Shown: in pieces, positions 30,463-44,549 of the stretch
How the letters are laid out: every line of letters begins with the position of its first letter
Position numbering within the stretch: the stretch's first letter is position 1
From: the human T2T-CHM13v2.0 reference genome, Homo sapiens
DNA length: 64,000 nucleotides
Assembly (NCBI RefSeq): GCF_009914755.1
Contig: NC_060947.1
Direction: 5' to 3' (one strand)
Notes under the pieces: generated by a model
Told to the model about the DNA's origin: nothing
The model's database searches: none
The model's input: the letters and a program-made list of their open reading frames with translations, nothing else
Position numbers and translations under genes: made by a program

Positions 30463-32199
30463 ACTACATGTTCCACATCTAGGGAGCACTGGTCCAAGGG
30501 CTGGGCTCTCAAGGCCTTGGGCAGCTCTGCCCCTATGGCTTTGCAGGGTTCAGACTACATGGATGCTCTTACAGGTTGTTGAGTGTGTGTAACTTTTCTA
30601 GGCACAGGGTGCAAGCTGCCAGTGCGCCTACTATTCTGGAGTCTAGAGGACTGTGGCCCCCTTCCCACAGCTCCAGTAGGCAGTGTAACAGTGGGGACTC
30701 TTGGGCTACCAAACCCACATTGTCCCTCTGCACTGTTCTAGTAGAGGTTCTTTGTGGGGGCTTCACCACTTTTGGCAAGCTTCTGCCTGGTGATACAGGC
30801 TTTCTCATTCATCTTCTGAAATACAGGCAGAGGCTGCCAAGTCTTCTTCACTCTAGTACTCTGCAAGCCTACAGGCTTAGCACAACATGTAAGCCTCCAA
30901 GCCTTACAACTTGCATCCTCTGAAGAAGTGGTCTGAGCTGCATCTGGGACCCTTTGAGCCAAGGCTAGAGCTGGAGTGGCCAGGATGTGGGGAGCAGTGT
31001 CCCGAGGCTGCACAGTGCAGTGAGGCTGGGCCTGGCTCATGAAACCATTCAGTCCTTCTGTGCCCCAACATTTGTGACCAACGGGGCTGCCAAGAAGGTT
31101 TCTGAAATGCCTTCAAGGTCTTTTTCCCGTTGTGTTTGCTATTAGCACTTGGCTCTTTTTCAGTTATGCAAATCTCTCTAGCAAGTAGTTGCTTCACAGC
31201 CTGCTTGAATTCCTCTCCCCAAAATGGTTTTCGTTTCTCTACCACATGGCCAGTTTGGAAATTTTCCAAACTTTTACAATTTTAGTGATTGGTCTGTTTC
31301 CTATTTAAATATAGCTTTCAACCTTTAGGTCTACGTCTACGTCTCCTATGTCTGAGCATAGGCTGTTAGAAGCAGCCATTCAACATATTGAACACTTTGC
31401 TTATTAGAAATTTCTTCCGCCAGATACACTAAATCATTACTCTCAAGTTCAAACTTCCACTGATCCCTAGCATATGAACACAATTCAGTCAAGCTCTTTG
31501 CTAAGGGATTACACATGTGACCTTTACTCCAGTTCCCAAGAAGTTCCTCATTTCCATCTGAGATCACATTAGCTTCAGTTCTGTTATCCATGTCACTGTT
31601 AGCATTTTGGTCACAACCATTTAACCAGTCTCTAGAAAATTCCAAACTCTCCCTCTTATTCCTGTCTTCTTCAGAGCCCTCCAAACTTTTCCAACCTCTG
31701 CCCATTACCCAGTTCCAAATCTGTTTCCACATCTTCAGGTATCTTTATAGCAATGCCTGATCCTCAGTACCAATATTCTGTATTAGGCCGTTTTTGCTTT
31801 GCTGGAAGGAAAATACCTGAGGCTGGGTAATTTATTTTTTTTTAAATGGTTTAATTGGCTCATTATTCTGCAGGCTCTACAAAGTTGGTGCCACCATCTG
31901 CTAGGCTTCTGGGGAGACCTCAAGGAGCTTTTACTCACGGCAGAAGGCAAAGTGGAAGCAGGCATGTCATATGGTGAAAGCAGGAACAGAGAGGGGAAAA
32001 GGTGTTACATACTTTTAAAGAACCAGATGCTGCAAAAACTCTCTCACTATCATGAGGACAGTAGCTAGGGGATAGCACTAAACTATTCATGAAAAATACA
32101 CAGACATAATCTAATTACTTCCCATCAGATCCCACCTCCAACACTGGGGATTACATTTCAACATGAGACTTCGATGGGGACAAATATCCAAATATATCA
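29694..32199 (-). mobile_element. Two-LTR MaLR provirus (MSTA/MSTB-like): LTRs ~29694-30097 and 31779-32199
   Basis: MST-type LTR core catctgcttggcttctggggagg...ttttactcatggcagaag in both LTRs; internal minus-strand MaLR peptide (WKFELESNDLVYLAEEISNKQSVQ); TSD not clearly preserved. Confidence 0.9.
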
Positions 32200-34115
32200 A
32201 TATAACAAAATAAAATTATCCCTGTGTGCAGATGCCATAATCTCATATATAGAAAATTCTAAGAACTCTATTAAAAATTTTTAGAACTAATAAATGAATT
32301 CAGTAATATTTTACAGTACAAAATCAACATAGAAAATTTGTTGCGCTTCTGTTCTTTAATAACAAACCATTCAAGAGAATTTTAGAAAAGCAATCCCTTT
32401 TAAAATAGCATCAAAAAGAATAAAATACTTAGACATAAACTTTAAGTAGGTGAAAGATTTGTATACTTAAAACAACAAAACATTAAAGAATATAAACAAG
32501 GCACAAGCAAATGAAACACATCCTGTGTTCATAGATTGTAAGACTTAAAATGTCCTCACTACTCAGATCCATAAATTCAATGCTATCCCAAACAAAATCC
32601 CAATAATATTTTTTTACAGAAATAAAAAAATTCTAAAATTTATATGGGACCACAAAAGACTGAATAGTCAAATCAATCTTGAGAAGGAAGAACGAAGATG
32701 AGGCTTTGTTTCTTCTCCTGATTTCAAAACCTATTACAAAGCTTCAGTAGTTAAAAGTACTAGGTACTGTCATAAAGACTAGATGTAAATAGCTATGAAA
32801 CAGGATATGACGCCCACAAATAAATTCACACGTCAACTGATTATCAACAAGAATGTCAATAATATGTAATGGCAAAAAATAGAGTCTCTATAACAAGAGA
32901 TAGGCTTGGAAAACTGGATATTCACATGCCAAAAAATCAAACTGGTCCTGTATCTTCTACCATACTCTAAGAGAAACTCAAAGTAAGTTAACAATGTACA
33001 TATAAGACCTAAAACCGTAACACTCTTAGAAGAAAACATAGGGTAAAATCTTCATGAAATTGGTCTTGACAATGATTTCAAGAATATGACACCAAAAGCA
33101 CTGGCAACAAAAACAAAAATAAGCAAGTTTATGAGACTACGTCAAGTTCAAAGGCTTTATAAAAGGAAACAATGAAAAAAATGAAAAGGCAATTAATGTA
33201 CAGGAAGAAAATACTTGCAAACCATATGTATGATAAGTGCTTAATATTCAAAATATAGGATGGACTCATAAAACAATAGTAAAAAATATAACTATTTTAA
33301 AAACAGGACAAGAACTTGAATAGACATTTCTTCAAGGCAGACATACAAATGTCCAATGGGCATATAAAAAATGCTCAACATAACTAATCATCATGGAAAT
33401 GCCAATCAAAATCACAATGAAATATCACTTCACACCTGTCAGGATGAATATTATTTTTAGAATATGAGAAGAGTTCTCAAAGATTTGGAAAGATTTGAAC
33501 CCTTGCACTCCTGTTGGGAATGCAAAATGATGCAGCTACTAGGAAAAACAGTATGGTATTTCGTAAAAATTTTTAATGCAGCTGCCACATGATTCAGCAA
33601 TCCCACTTCCAGGTATATATAAAAATTTGAAATAAATATATTGAAGTAATATTACCATTCCTTTGTTAATTGCAGCACTATTTTCAATAGTCAAGATGTG
33701 GAAACAACCTGAATGTTCATTGAAAGGTGACTGAATAAATAAAATGTAGTATATAGACATACAATGAAATATGTATCAGTCTTAAAAAGAAGGACATTGT
33801 ACAATATGTGATTAAGTAAATCTTGAGGGCATTAAGCTAAGTGAAATAAGGTAGTCACAGAAAGACAAATACTAAATGGTTTCACTTATATGAGATATCA
33901 AAAATAGTTAAATTCATAGAATCAAAGAGTGAAATGATGCTTTCCAGGGCTGGGGAGATGGAGAAATGGGGAGTAGCTAACCAATTGGCATAAAGATTTA
34001 ATCAAGCAAGATAAGCTCTAAAGTTCTGTTGTACAACATTATACCTAGAGTCAACAATCATGATTATGAACTTAAGTATCTTAAGAGGGTAGCTCTCACG
34101 TTGTGTCCCTACTAT

Positions 34116-34170
34116 AATAAAAATAAAATAAAATAAAACAAAACAAAATAAAATAAAATAAAATAAAATA
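34116..34170 (+). repeat. (AAAAT)n/(AAAAC)n microsatellite derived from the L1 poly-A tail
   Basis: aataaaaataaaataaaataaaacaaaacaaaataaaataaaata... seen directly. Confidence 0.9.
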
Positions 34171-37150
34171 TGGCCACCAATATGGTCTACCTTGGTTTAT
34201 GTTCCATACACATTTGTAAAGAATGTGTATTCTGTTGCATTTGTGTGGATGGTATACAGATGCCAATTAGGACAAGTTGGTTTATCAAATTGTGAAAATC
34301 ATCTATGTATTTAATAACTTTCTTCTTTTTGTGTTAATTATTGAAAGGAATGTTAAAGTATTCGACGATTTTTCTAGATGTTTATTTTTTTAAGATTTCT
34401 CAAATATTTTATTTATTTTGATACTCTGTAATTAGGGGCAAAAATATTTAGAAATTCTGTTTTCCTTGATTAATTGTCTCTTTATCATTTTGAAATAATC
34501 TTCTTAATTCCCTGGCAATATTCACTGTTCTAAAATGTACTTTTATAATAAAATGGCTACTCTGGTTTATTTTGGTTAATATTAGCCTGGCATTTTTTTT
34601 TGTCTTTGGTTTTAAATTACATATATCTTTATATTTAAAGTGTATTTTCATAATAAGCATATACTTAAGTCTTTTCTTAATCCAATCTGACAATCTGTGT
34701 CTTTAAATCTTGGTATTTGGAATATTTATATTTTATATAATTATTGATATCATTTGGTTTAAATTTATCATTTTGCTATTTAATTTCTATTTGTAACATT
34801 TACTCTTTTTCTTCTTTTTCTTATACTTGTGGATGAATTGGGTATTCTTTATAATTTCGTTTTATATTCCTTATAGCTGTATTGGCTGTAGTTCTTTTAT
34901 TTTAAAGTGCTTTAATAAGAGTTTGTTGTACACATTTCTATTTTATCAATTTACCTTCCAATTAAAATATACCACTTAATGTTTATTGTAAAAATATTGT
35001 TAGTATGTTTCCACTTTCCCTCGTTTTGCCTTTGAGATATTATTGTCACACAATTTACATCTATTTTATTATTAATAACAGTGTATGTCATTATTACTTT
35101 TGCTATAAATAGTCAATCATTTTATAATAATTCTGGAAATGAAAAAAGTACATGGCTTATTTATTTAGAATTTTTAAATTTTAGAGCTCCACATTCCTTT
35201 TGGTGTATCTAATTTTACATCTGGTATCCTTTTTCTTCTGGCTAGAAGAGTATAATGTTTTTGTATTGAAAGTTTGTTGTTGTAAATTATTTTTTATTTG
35301 TATTTTCCAATATTCTTTATTTTTTCTTGTCTTTGTAAGATTTTTGTCAGGATGTAGATTTATAGGTTGACGGTTGTATTTTATCAATACTTTAAAGATA
35401 TTGCTTCGGTGTTGCCTGGATTTCATTTTTCCAATGAGAAGTGTGATATCATTTTTATCTTTGTCGTCTTGTACACAATGTGAGTTTCTTTCATTAGATA
35501 CTTTTAAGATTTTTTCTTTATTAAAATTTTTTAACAATTTGATTATGATGTTATTTGGTGTAGTTTTGTTTATATTTCTTTTGCTTGGGGTTCTTTAAGT
35601 TTGCTGGATCTGTGGGTTCGTAGCTTTTATTAAAATAGAGATATTTATCATTTATTTATACTATTATATCATTTTGGGAGGGTTTCTTTTTTATAATTTT
35701 GTTATTTTAAATATTTGTATGTACACAGTAGTTGTATATATTTATGGGATACCTGAGATATTTTGATACAGTCATGCCTTGTAAAATAAGCATATGTAAG
35801 AGTTGGGTATCCATCCCCTCAAGCATTATTCCTTTGAGTCACAAACAATTCAATTATGCTCTGAATTATTTTAATATGTACAATTAAGTTATTGTTGAGT
35901 ATAGTCACCTTGTTGTGCTATCAAAGAGTAAGTCTTATTTATTCTTACTAACTATTGTTTATGTACCCAGTAACCATGTCCACCTTCCCCTCAGCCACCT
36001 GCTACACTTACTGACCTCTGGTAGCCATACTTCTACTCTCTATGTCCATGAGTTGAATTGTTTTAATTTTTAGATCCGACAAATAATTGAGAACATGCGA
36101 CGTTTATCTTTCCTTGCCTGGATTATTTGATTTAACATAATCATCTTCAGTTCCATCTATGTTGTTGCAAACAACTGGATCTCATTTTTTATGGCTGAAT
36201 AGTACTCCGCTGTGTATATGTACCACATTTTCTTTATCCATTCATCTGTTGATGGACACTTAAGTTGCTTCTAAATATTACCTATTGTGAGCAGTGCAGC
36301 AACAAACATAGGAGTGCAGATATTGCTTTTATATACTGATTTTCTTTCTTTTGAATATATACCCAGTGGTGGGATTGCTGGATCATATGATAGGTCAATG
36401 TTTAGTTTTTTGAGGAACCTGCCAACTCTTCCCTGTGGTGGTTCTACTAATTTACATTCCCACTAACAGTGTACCAGAAATCTTCTTTCTCCATTCCAGA
36501 ATTTGTTATTGCCTGTCTTTTAGATATAAGCCATTTTAACTGGGGCAAGATGATATCTCATTGTAGTTTTGATGTGCATTCTATTATATCAGTTATTTAT
36601 TTATTTTCTTTTTTCTTTCCTTCAATGACTTCAATGACACGTACATCAGATAAATCAAATTTGTCTCATAATTCAGTGATGCTCCATGCATTTTAAAATT
36701 ACTTTTCTATTTGTGTTTCATTTTCTCATTTCTATTACTTTAACTTGAAGTACACTATCTTTTATTCTGCAATGTCTAACCTGCTGTTAATCCATTCTTA
36801 AGAATTTATCTTCTCAGACTTCATAATGTTCATTTCTATAATTTCAATTGGTGTTCTTTTTATATAATTTACATAATTTTTATTTTTTTTTTACTCTCTA
36901 TATTTTAAAAGGTATAGATATAATTATACTGACTGGTTTAATGTCCCTATCTACTAATTCTATCATCTTCAGATTATCTGTCGAATTATTCTGCTTCTTT
37001 GAATACCTGGTAATTTTGGGTTGGATGCCATACATTGTAAATCTTGGTTTCTTCCATGCTGAACATCATTTCTTTTAAAAAATATTCCTGAAATTCTTTG
37101 TGAGACACAATTACATTTCTTGGAGACAGTTTGATTATTTTGTGAAGAAC
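34171..37150 (-). mobile_element. Old L1M ORF2 N-terminus and ORF1 segment, split by a younger L1 at 35675-36580
   Basis: Minus-strand peptides SDWIKK...HFKYKD (EN domain, 34448-34693) and KEKILKV...NIFKVL...QP (ORF1 C-terminal, 35181-35537). Confidence 0.75.
35675..36580 (-). mobile_element. 5'-truncated L1 3' end (L1MA1-3-like)
   Basis: gggtatccatcccctcaagcatt-type 3'UTR; TSD ctattatatca at 35661-35671 and 36581-36591. Confidence 0.88.
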
Positions 37151-37599
37151 TGAAGGAACAATGCCTTTGTCCTGAAATTGGTTATATTTTTCTTTGTGTC
37201 TTAGTCTTTTTGTTTCTTATTGTCTTCATAATTATGTGTGATGTCTGTGCTCTGCTTTGTACTTCCCGCATTTTTTTCTATTACTCATAGAACCTCTTGC
37301 TGTGGTATTGATTATAAATTTCACAAACACCAACCTAGCAATCTCATTTAAAATAGAAAAGTTGCTTCATTCTGTGTATTTTTATCAACCACAGAAAGGA
37401 TTCTGATTTGCCTTCTTAAGGGATGTAACCGTTATTTGAAACAACCATTATTGCTAGGAATTAAGTGTTATGTTTAGACTGGCCTATTCAGAAGAAAGAT
37501 GATAGGAAATAGTACTGAGTACACATACAACAAAACAATAGCTTCTTAAATGTACTACATCAGAGTAATATTATTATGCTCATATATTGCTGGAAGGTA

Positions 37600-38155
37600 A
37601 TTAAGTTATAAGCTTCCTGGAAATAAACTTTTAAATATGTTTCAAAAACCTTAAAATTGTTGATATTTATGGCCTAGCAATTCCATTTCTGGGAATTGAC
37701 ATTACAGAAATATTGAGACAGACATATCAATGTTTACATAAAAGTATATTTATTATAACAGATAACAGAAAAATTCAAAACATTTTTAATGCCCATTTTT
37801 AGGACAATGTTTAAATAAAATATGGGATATCTATCTAACAGAATATAATGTATTATTAAAGTATTGTTTAAAAATATTTGCATTTGATCACTTTTTATTT
37901 ACTCATATTATGTTGAAATTAGAATTTCAATAGTAAAATTGTATCTGCACATGATAACTTCAGCGATTGTAATATATATGTGTGTGGTGTATGTGCACAC
38001 ATTAGAAAAATCACCTTCAGGAACTGTCCAGATTAAAATACACTGACAAATTAACAGTAAATGTCACATTACAATAGACTTTTGGGGGATTATTTTTTCT
38101 TATAGTACTTTGCAATTTCCAAATTTTCGACAATGAACATGTTACCTTTAAAGTC
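37600..38155 (+). mobile_element. Ancient L1ME 3' end
   Basis: cctagcaattccatttctgggaatt; aataaaatatgggatatc; tttccaaattttcgacaatgaacatg. Confidence 0.6.
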
Positions 38156-38564
38156 CTTTTTTCTAATGTATATGAAAAATATTTAGAACTCAGTAATTAT
38201 TTATATTGCTAAGAACAGAGGCCAAAATGTAGAAGACATTCATCCTCTTAGCAACATTGACTGGTTCAGGCGTGAATAAATCACACAAGCAGGCTCAATA
38301 AGACTTTTTCCCTGGCATTGACACACGGCCTATAGAACTTCATTCTATTCAGGTCTGTTCCTGACCAACATTTCTGTACATGTTTGTCACTGGTCACAGA
38401 GAAGACTTGGAGAAAATTGAATTGGTTCAGCATAATCTTTCTCCACAGTTAGAACTTTACATGTCAAAGATTATTTTAGGCTTATATTATTTTGAAGAAT
38501 ATAACTATATATTTATTTAGTAACTTTCTTCATGCAACTCAAATTGTATGAATTACTTTATTCT

Positions 38565-38835
38565 TCATTTTTTAAAAAACTTTCTAACATACACAAATGT
38601 GAAGGATAGTGAAATTAGCTTCCAGATATCCAATATCCCAATGGTAGAATTTTCAAGCTTAGATGCTCATGTTTCATCTACTCCTCTTCCTTATTTTTGA
38701 AAAATATGTTAAAGAAAATCCAAGACATTCTGAAGTTTCATTCCAGTATACTTCAGTGTGCATCTCAAAAGCCATGAATATTTATTTACATAAACACAAT
38801 GCCATTAGCACATATTTGAAGTTTGATAAAAAATT
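38565..38835 (-). mobile_element. Ancient L1MC/ME 3'UTR relic, probably continuing at ~47445-48330
   Basis: aaagaaaatccaagacat...tacttcagtgtgcatctc...acataaacacaatgccatta. Confidence 0.5.
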
Positions 38836-38839
38836 ATTT

Positions 38840-39050
38840 TGTGCTCGGGGGACTGACATAAAATAATTAGCACCCTCAGAAAGGGTTAAACAACTTTAAC
38901 AGAACTATTTACAAATACATCGGTGAAAATTAGGAAAACCAACAAGGGAGAGGGCAGTATTGTGGGACAAACAGCATCAAGAGCCATTAACACTAATATG
39001 ACTAAAGAACAAAGGAGAGATAGGTAATTAACAAACTCTTGAGGCTCTAC
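38840..39050 (-). mobile_element. Probable LTR33-like ERVL LTR, left piece
   Basis: aggaaaaccaacaaggga...cagcatcaagagccatt; pairs with the 47240-47441 piece on the other side of MER4. Confidence 0.4.
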
Positions 39051-39521
39051 TGTGAAAGGAAAATAAATCTTGGGGCCCCAAAATCACTAAGGTGAAGGGA
39101 AAAGTCAAGCTGGGAACTGCTTAGGATAAATATGCCTCCCATTCTGTTTAAAGTTACCCCTCTACTCACTGAGATAAATGCATATCTATCTGATTGCCTC
39201 CTTTGGAGAGGGAATCAGAAACTCGAAAGAATGCAACTATTTGTGTCTTATCTACCTATGACCTGGAAGCCACATCCCTGCTTCGAGTCATCCCACCTTT
39301 GTTTTGAGTTGTCCTGCCTTTCCAGACTGAACCAATGTTCATATGTTGATTGATGCCTCATGTCTCCCTCACATGTATAAAACCAAACTGTGCTCTGACC
39401 ACCTTGGGCACATGTTGTCAAGACCTCCTGAGGCTGTCTCAGTGGTGCATGTCCTCACACTTGGCAAAATAAACTTTCTAAATTAGCTGAGACTTGTCTC
39501 AGATAGTTGGAGTTCACATTT

Positions 39522-39539
39522 TTGTAACCACGGAGGGAT
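39522..39539 (+). promoter_or_regulatory. Primer-binding site, tRNA-Arg(TCG) type
   Basis: ttgtaaccacggagggat versus TGGTAACCACGGAGGGAT, the complement of a recalled human tRNA-Arg-TCG 3' end: 17/18. Confidence 0.7.
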
Positions 39540-42500
39540 TCTGAGTGGATATTTCCCTGACATTTGACAAATCTCCTATCAGTGCTTGGTAGAGCATGAG
39601 CTAACTTTATGGCTGAAACCAATAGGACAATTTGTTCAGGTCTGGGGGGAGGTGCAGCTCATCCAGAGAATCCCTAATCTCCCAGAATTTGGTTGAGATA
39701 TAAAGTTTATTTTGCTCTTCAACTTCCCTTTTTCTTTTTCTTTTTTTTTTTTTTTTTTTGGAGTTTTACTTGCTTCCAACAAGGAAGACAAGATTTCCTG
39801 CTTCCATGACAATAGAAGGCAGATAACCCCTTTATGGAGTTTGAGCTTGCTCCCAGCAGAGGATGAGTTGAGTTTTTTCCCTGCTGCTAGATGGTAGAGG
39901 ACAGTATTCAGCCTGAGACCCATCCCTAGGTAAGTAGCTAAATTGAAGTTTTTGTCTTGGTGAAGTTTAACAACCAGCTGGTCTTAACTTCTCCTTACCA
40001 TTAGAACACTCAGCCATAACATTGTTGGGGTTTTTGTCATTTGTTCTGGTCTTTCTCCCATCATATTCGATCAACTTTAACTGACTTGGTCAAATCTGAG
40101 TGAGAATTCCAAATTATGGGTAACAAAGCCTGTCTAATTTGACTAAAATTCCTCACAGTGGCTGAAGGAAAAAACAAACAAACAAACAAAAAACCCTAAA
40201 AACCCACGTGCTTGGTTTCTGTGTTTGCTTCCTGTCTTAAAAAAAAATGTTCTTTTGTTTACTTATCTTCCACTCTTATACCTCCTTCCCCCTTTGCCAT
40301 CTGGAGTACCAAAAAATCTAGAGAAGGCTTCCAATGACTTGAACCCCTTTAAAAAATTCAGAACAAAGACACCACTCACCCCTTTTGGGATGTTCTGTTT
40401 GCTTTGCGGACTTTTAAGAGTCTTGGGAAGATTATTCTTAGGTCTAAAGCTCTGCTTTCCTGTATTGCATAATGTGATCTTTTTGGCTTTGGAGCTACCA
40501 GAGATTACCTTGTACTGTGAGAGTACTTAACCTTGGCATGTATAATGGCAGACAAGAGCTACAAACTTAGGGGTGGCTGAGCACAGTTTACAGGAAGTGG
40601 TCTTGGCTGTTGTTGTCATTCTCCTAGGAAGTCTTCATTTAAGGATCCTAATTCTAGTTTGGACATGCATTCTAAAGGGTCTTTTCTATTGCTTTTTTTA
40701 CCAAAATTAATCTCAATTCAGCTTGTCGGTGCACATTTGTGTGAGGAACTGAATTGTTTTCATAGGTAAATGAGAGATTGAGTTTTCTCATCTCCGAAGA
40801 GAAAGGGCATTTTGCTTCTCTTAGCTGAAAGGCATCACTGGGTGACTGGGAGCTTCATGGAAACATCTGGGGGATTCACCCCCCAGAAAGTGCAGTGGCC
40901 CTACAGGGAAATCCCCCAAAAAATTAATTAAAAAAAACTCATCCTGGAAATGCATAGAAAGGCTGATGATCCAGCATTTAGAGCCCTCTCAGAGGTCATA
41001 GACTTCTTGAGAGAGAAACTGATAAACCTAAAAGGGTGGAAATGACTCAGTGGTGACACACTGTAGCATCCTGCCCACAAGCAACACACAAAAGTTCACT
41101 ACACAAAAACCCTAGGCCACAGCTGAGCTCCTCCTTTTAATGAAAAATGGGAAACAAATAATCTAAGAATAAAGATAAAACAAAGAAAATGACCCCCTTT
41201 CAAGCATTCCATAGGTTGTAATGATGTAAAATGTAATATGGTCTTTGTGCACATTTACATTAAGGAAAAAGAACCCTAAGGTCGACCTGCAAACTACAGA
41301 GTTCCCAAGTTCTCTTTTTCTCTATTTTCTTTTCTGCCTGCTTTAAATCTGCTGTTATTTTTCTATTAAGATAAGAATCACTGTTTGGATTCAACAGGGA
41401 CTTTTGCAAACTGGTGAATTTGTATTTATCTCATGGCTAAACTTCTGAAGTAAATGATATAGGATCTTTGTGTGTGTATGTATATATATGTGTGTGTATA
41501 TATTTAAAAGGCCTTCATAATTTCTATATTTTATGTTTAATTGGCAATTAAATCATTTTTAATTTCCCTCTAGCACACCAGACTTGTTCTCTCCATAGCT
41601 TATGATGCAAATTTTGCTATTTGATTTTCACACGAGTTGTTTCCCTTAATATGCAAATTTAAGGCTATTCAGCTCACAACTGCCTAGGGTTGTAAAACAG
41701 GTTATTAAGAATTTAAAAATCTAAGATAAGCAAAAAATGGTCTTTATGAATCCATAAGATGTACTTCTGTCAGAATGCCTAATACATCTATGTAATTATG
41801 TGTTGTGTACACAATGTTTTACTACCACAAATATATAAAAGAGCTCTAATTAATTGGCTTAAGAAAATAAAAACAATTGAATCAAATACTTCATCAGGAA
41901 AAAATTGTCAAATGCTTTTTTCAAGTTTACATAATTTAAGTAAAATCTTTAATAAATAAACTAGCTTGGTGAAGTGATGTTAGAAATGTCTTAAGAACTG
42001 CACGTATACATTTTGTTTGCATATATTAATCAAGAAATTTTATACTTATCCTTACCAAATACTATAAGGTGTCAAAATTTGGCATAGAAATTACAAAACT
42101 ATAAAACCAATCCAAGACAGAATGATCTTTGCTTATGTAATTTTTAATAAATAAGACATTGATATTGGTTTAATGAAAATAGTTACATCTTGAATTTAGT
42201 AAGATTATGATAACTTCTAATTTTGTGGCTTAGGTGGTCTAGTCCACAGACAGTAAGGTTTGCTTTGGAAAAAGACTGTTACAGTCTTTGCTTCAAAGCT
42301 AAACTATAAACTGAGTTTCTCCCAAAATTAGTTCAGCCTATGCCTAGGAATGAACAAGGACAGCTTGAAAGTTAGAAGCAAGATGGAGACAGTTCAGTCT
42401 TAGTTATAACTTTGCAATGGCAGTTCCATAACTTTAAATAATGACTATTGCAGTTTTCATGAATAATCTAGGTAAACAATTAAAATAATTAGGTAAATGT

Positions 42501-43853
42501 AATAGGATAAATACTTGTAGACAAACTCATTCCAATTTTGAATCTAATGTTAAATTAAATTAAATAATAAATAGTTCATTATTTGGGTATTTTCCAGTAA
42601 AATTCTACTGTAGGAAAACATTCTTTCTTATAAAAAGTATGTCCTTTTTAAAAATATGAACAATTTTTTTTCTAATTCAAAGTTTATTTAAAGTCTATGT
42701 ACAAAACAAAAGGAACCAGGAAATAAGACAGATATAAAGAAATTCTTATAAATAAAGAGTTTTTTAAAATAAGAAAGCTTAAAGAGAAATAAGTTTATAT
42801 GAGAAAAAATATTGTACAGTACATTTAGTCCTAGAATAAAAATGACTGGTTGTTTCTGATAGAGGGATGTTCTGGACAAACAAGAAAATCCAAGCATGTC
42901 ATGAACAGTTGGTGTAAGTCATAATAAGAGGATTTATAAAAGGAAAAATACTTTTATATGATCAAGTTGTCTATAATTAAGGAAAATTTATAATGGTCTT
43001 TCTAGAGATTGGGATCGATGTAAAAACACTTATACATTGATTTTCTAAGGTATTAATTTACTCTTAATAAATTATAAGAGGTTTTAATTATTTTAACCCA
43101 AAGTTCAACTTTTATTGCATCTCACTGTTTTTGGTTTTCTCCTCCCTCTTAAAGAGTGCTAAATAGTAATGCTCTCCTTCAACTCATTTTCAGCTCATAT
43201 AAGTTTTTTTTCCTCCAGTTCTGTTTATTGTAGCCTGAGGCTAAAAATATTTTCTAAAAGATCTAAAGGAAATGTTTTCTTCCAACATAATATTCTGTGC
43301 AGTGCAGAAAGTCTTTTCTTTTTCATTTTGGCCTAACAGATTTTATGGTTTATCAAAACAATTCCTATGCCATTAAGTTTTGGCTCACTTAGGAGAAAAG
43401 CTGAGATGATTTTTTTTAATTAAGGTTATTACCTCCGTGTATCTTTCTGTATGTTCTTTTAAAGTACTTGTGACATTGAGTTACAGGGCTTTGACTCCCG
43501 GGCCTAAAAATGACATCAAGTCCTGCTAAATATTAAACACTGACAGCAACTAAAGCCTCTTCTTCAGGCCCAGTAGAAGATGCCAATCAAAATAAACTGC
43601 ATTCCTGAAACATAGGGCCAGAAATTAAAGTTATTCAACTCCTCAAGGCCCAGGGACTATTGCAAAAGAGGTGGGCATGTGAGATTGTAAGGGCCGATTT
43701 AGTTTCTCTATAAATTAATCATTAACACCAAAAGCACACTGAAGCAACATCAGCATATGGGCCCCTGTGTCAGATTAACAAAGTTTTCTTGAAGCAGTAA
43801 CCAACTTCTTAATAAAGGATACAAAGTTTATAAAAGGCTTATGGAAGTTATAT

Positions 43854-44549
43854 TGTAACTGCCCAATGGGTTCACCTTGCCCACTGCCTAGACAGAGCCA
43901 ATTTATCAAGATGGGAATTGCAATAGAGAAACAGTAATTCATGCAGAGCCAGCTGTGTGGGAGACTGAAGTTTTATGATTACTTAAGTCAGTCTCTCCAA
44001 GTATTTGTGGAGCAGAATTTTTAAGGATAATTTGGTGAATATGGGGGAGGCCAATAAATTAAAAGTGCTGAGGGGTTGGGTTGGAAATGAAATCATGGAA
44101 AGTTGACGCTGTCCTCTTGCACTGAGTCAGTTCCTGGGTGGGGGCCCCACGATCAGATTCACCAGTTTATCAATCTGTGTGGTGCCAACTGATCCATCAA
44201 GTTCAGGTCTGTAAAATATCTCAAGCACTGATCTTAGGAGGAGTTTAGGGAGGGTCAGAACTTCCAGCCTCCAGCTGCATGGCTCCTAAACCATAATTTC
44301 TAATCTTGTGGCTAATTTGTTAGTCCCATAAAGGCAGTCTATTCCCCAGGCAAAAAGGAGGTTCATTTTGGGAAAGGACTGCTATCATCTTTCTTTTAAA
44401 CTATAAACTATGAACTAAGTTCTTCCCAAAGTTAGCTCAGCCTATGCTCAGGAAGGAACAAGGACAGCTTAAAGGTTAGAAGCAAGATGGAGTCAGTTAG
44501 GATAGATCTCTTTCACTGTGTCAGTCATAATTTTGCAAAGGTAGTTTCA
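43854..44549 (-). mobile_element. LTR8 solo LTR (ERV1) inserted antisense in the MER4 internal region
   Basis: Termini tgtaactgcccaatgggttcacc... and ...aattttgcaaaggtagtttca; 4-bp TSD atat at 43850-43853 and 44550-44553. Confidence 0.9.

Larger units (their letters stand above)
25644..34170 (+). mobile_element. Near-full-length decayed L1MA-type LINE (5'UTR, partial ORF1, ORF2, 3'UTR), interrupted by an MST provirus
   Basis: 5' motif ggaagtgatgtaagcaacatagc; ORF2 start atggcaatagtaaatcc...ttaaatgtaaatggattaaac at ~27673; decayed RT motif tgtgcagatgcc at ~32226; L1MA 3'UTR and (AAAAT)n tail. Confidence 0.9.

Noticed and set aside
35672-35690. gggagggtttc between the TSD and the L1 poly-T as a possible 3' transduction
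   Set aside because: Too short; explained equally well by tail decay.
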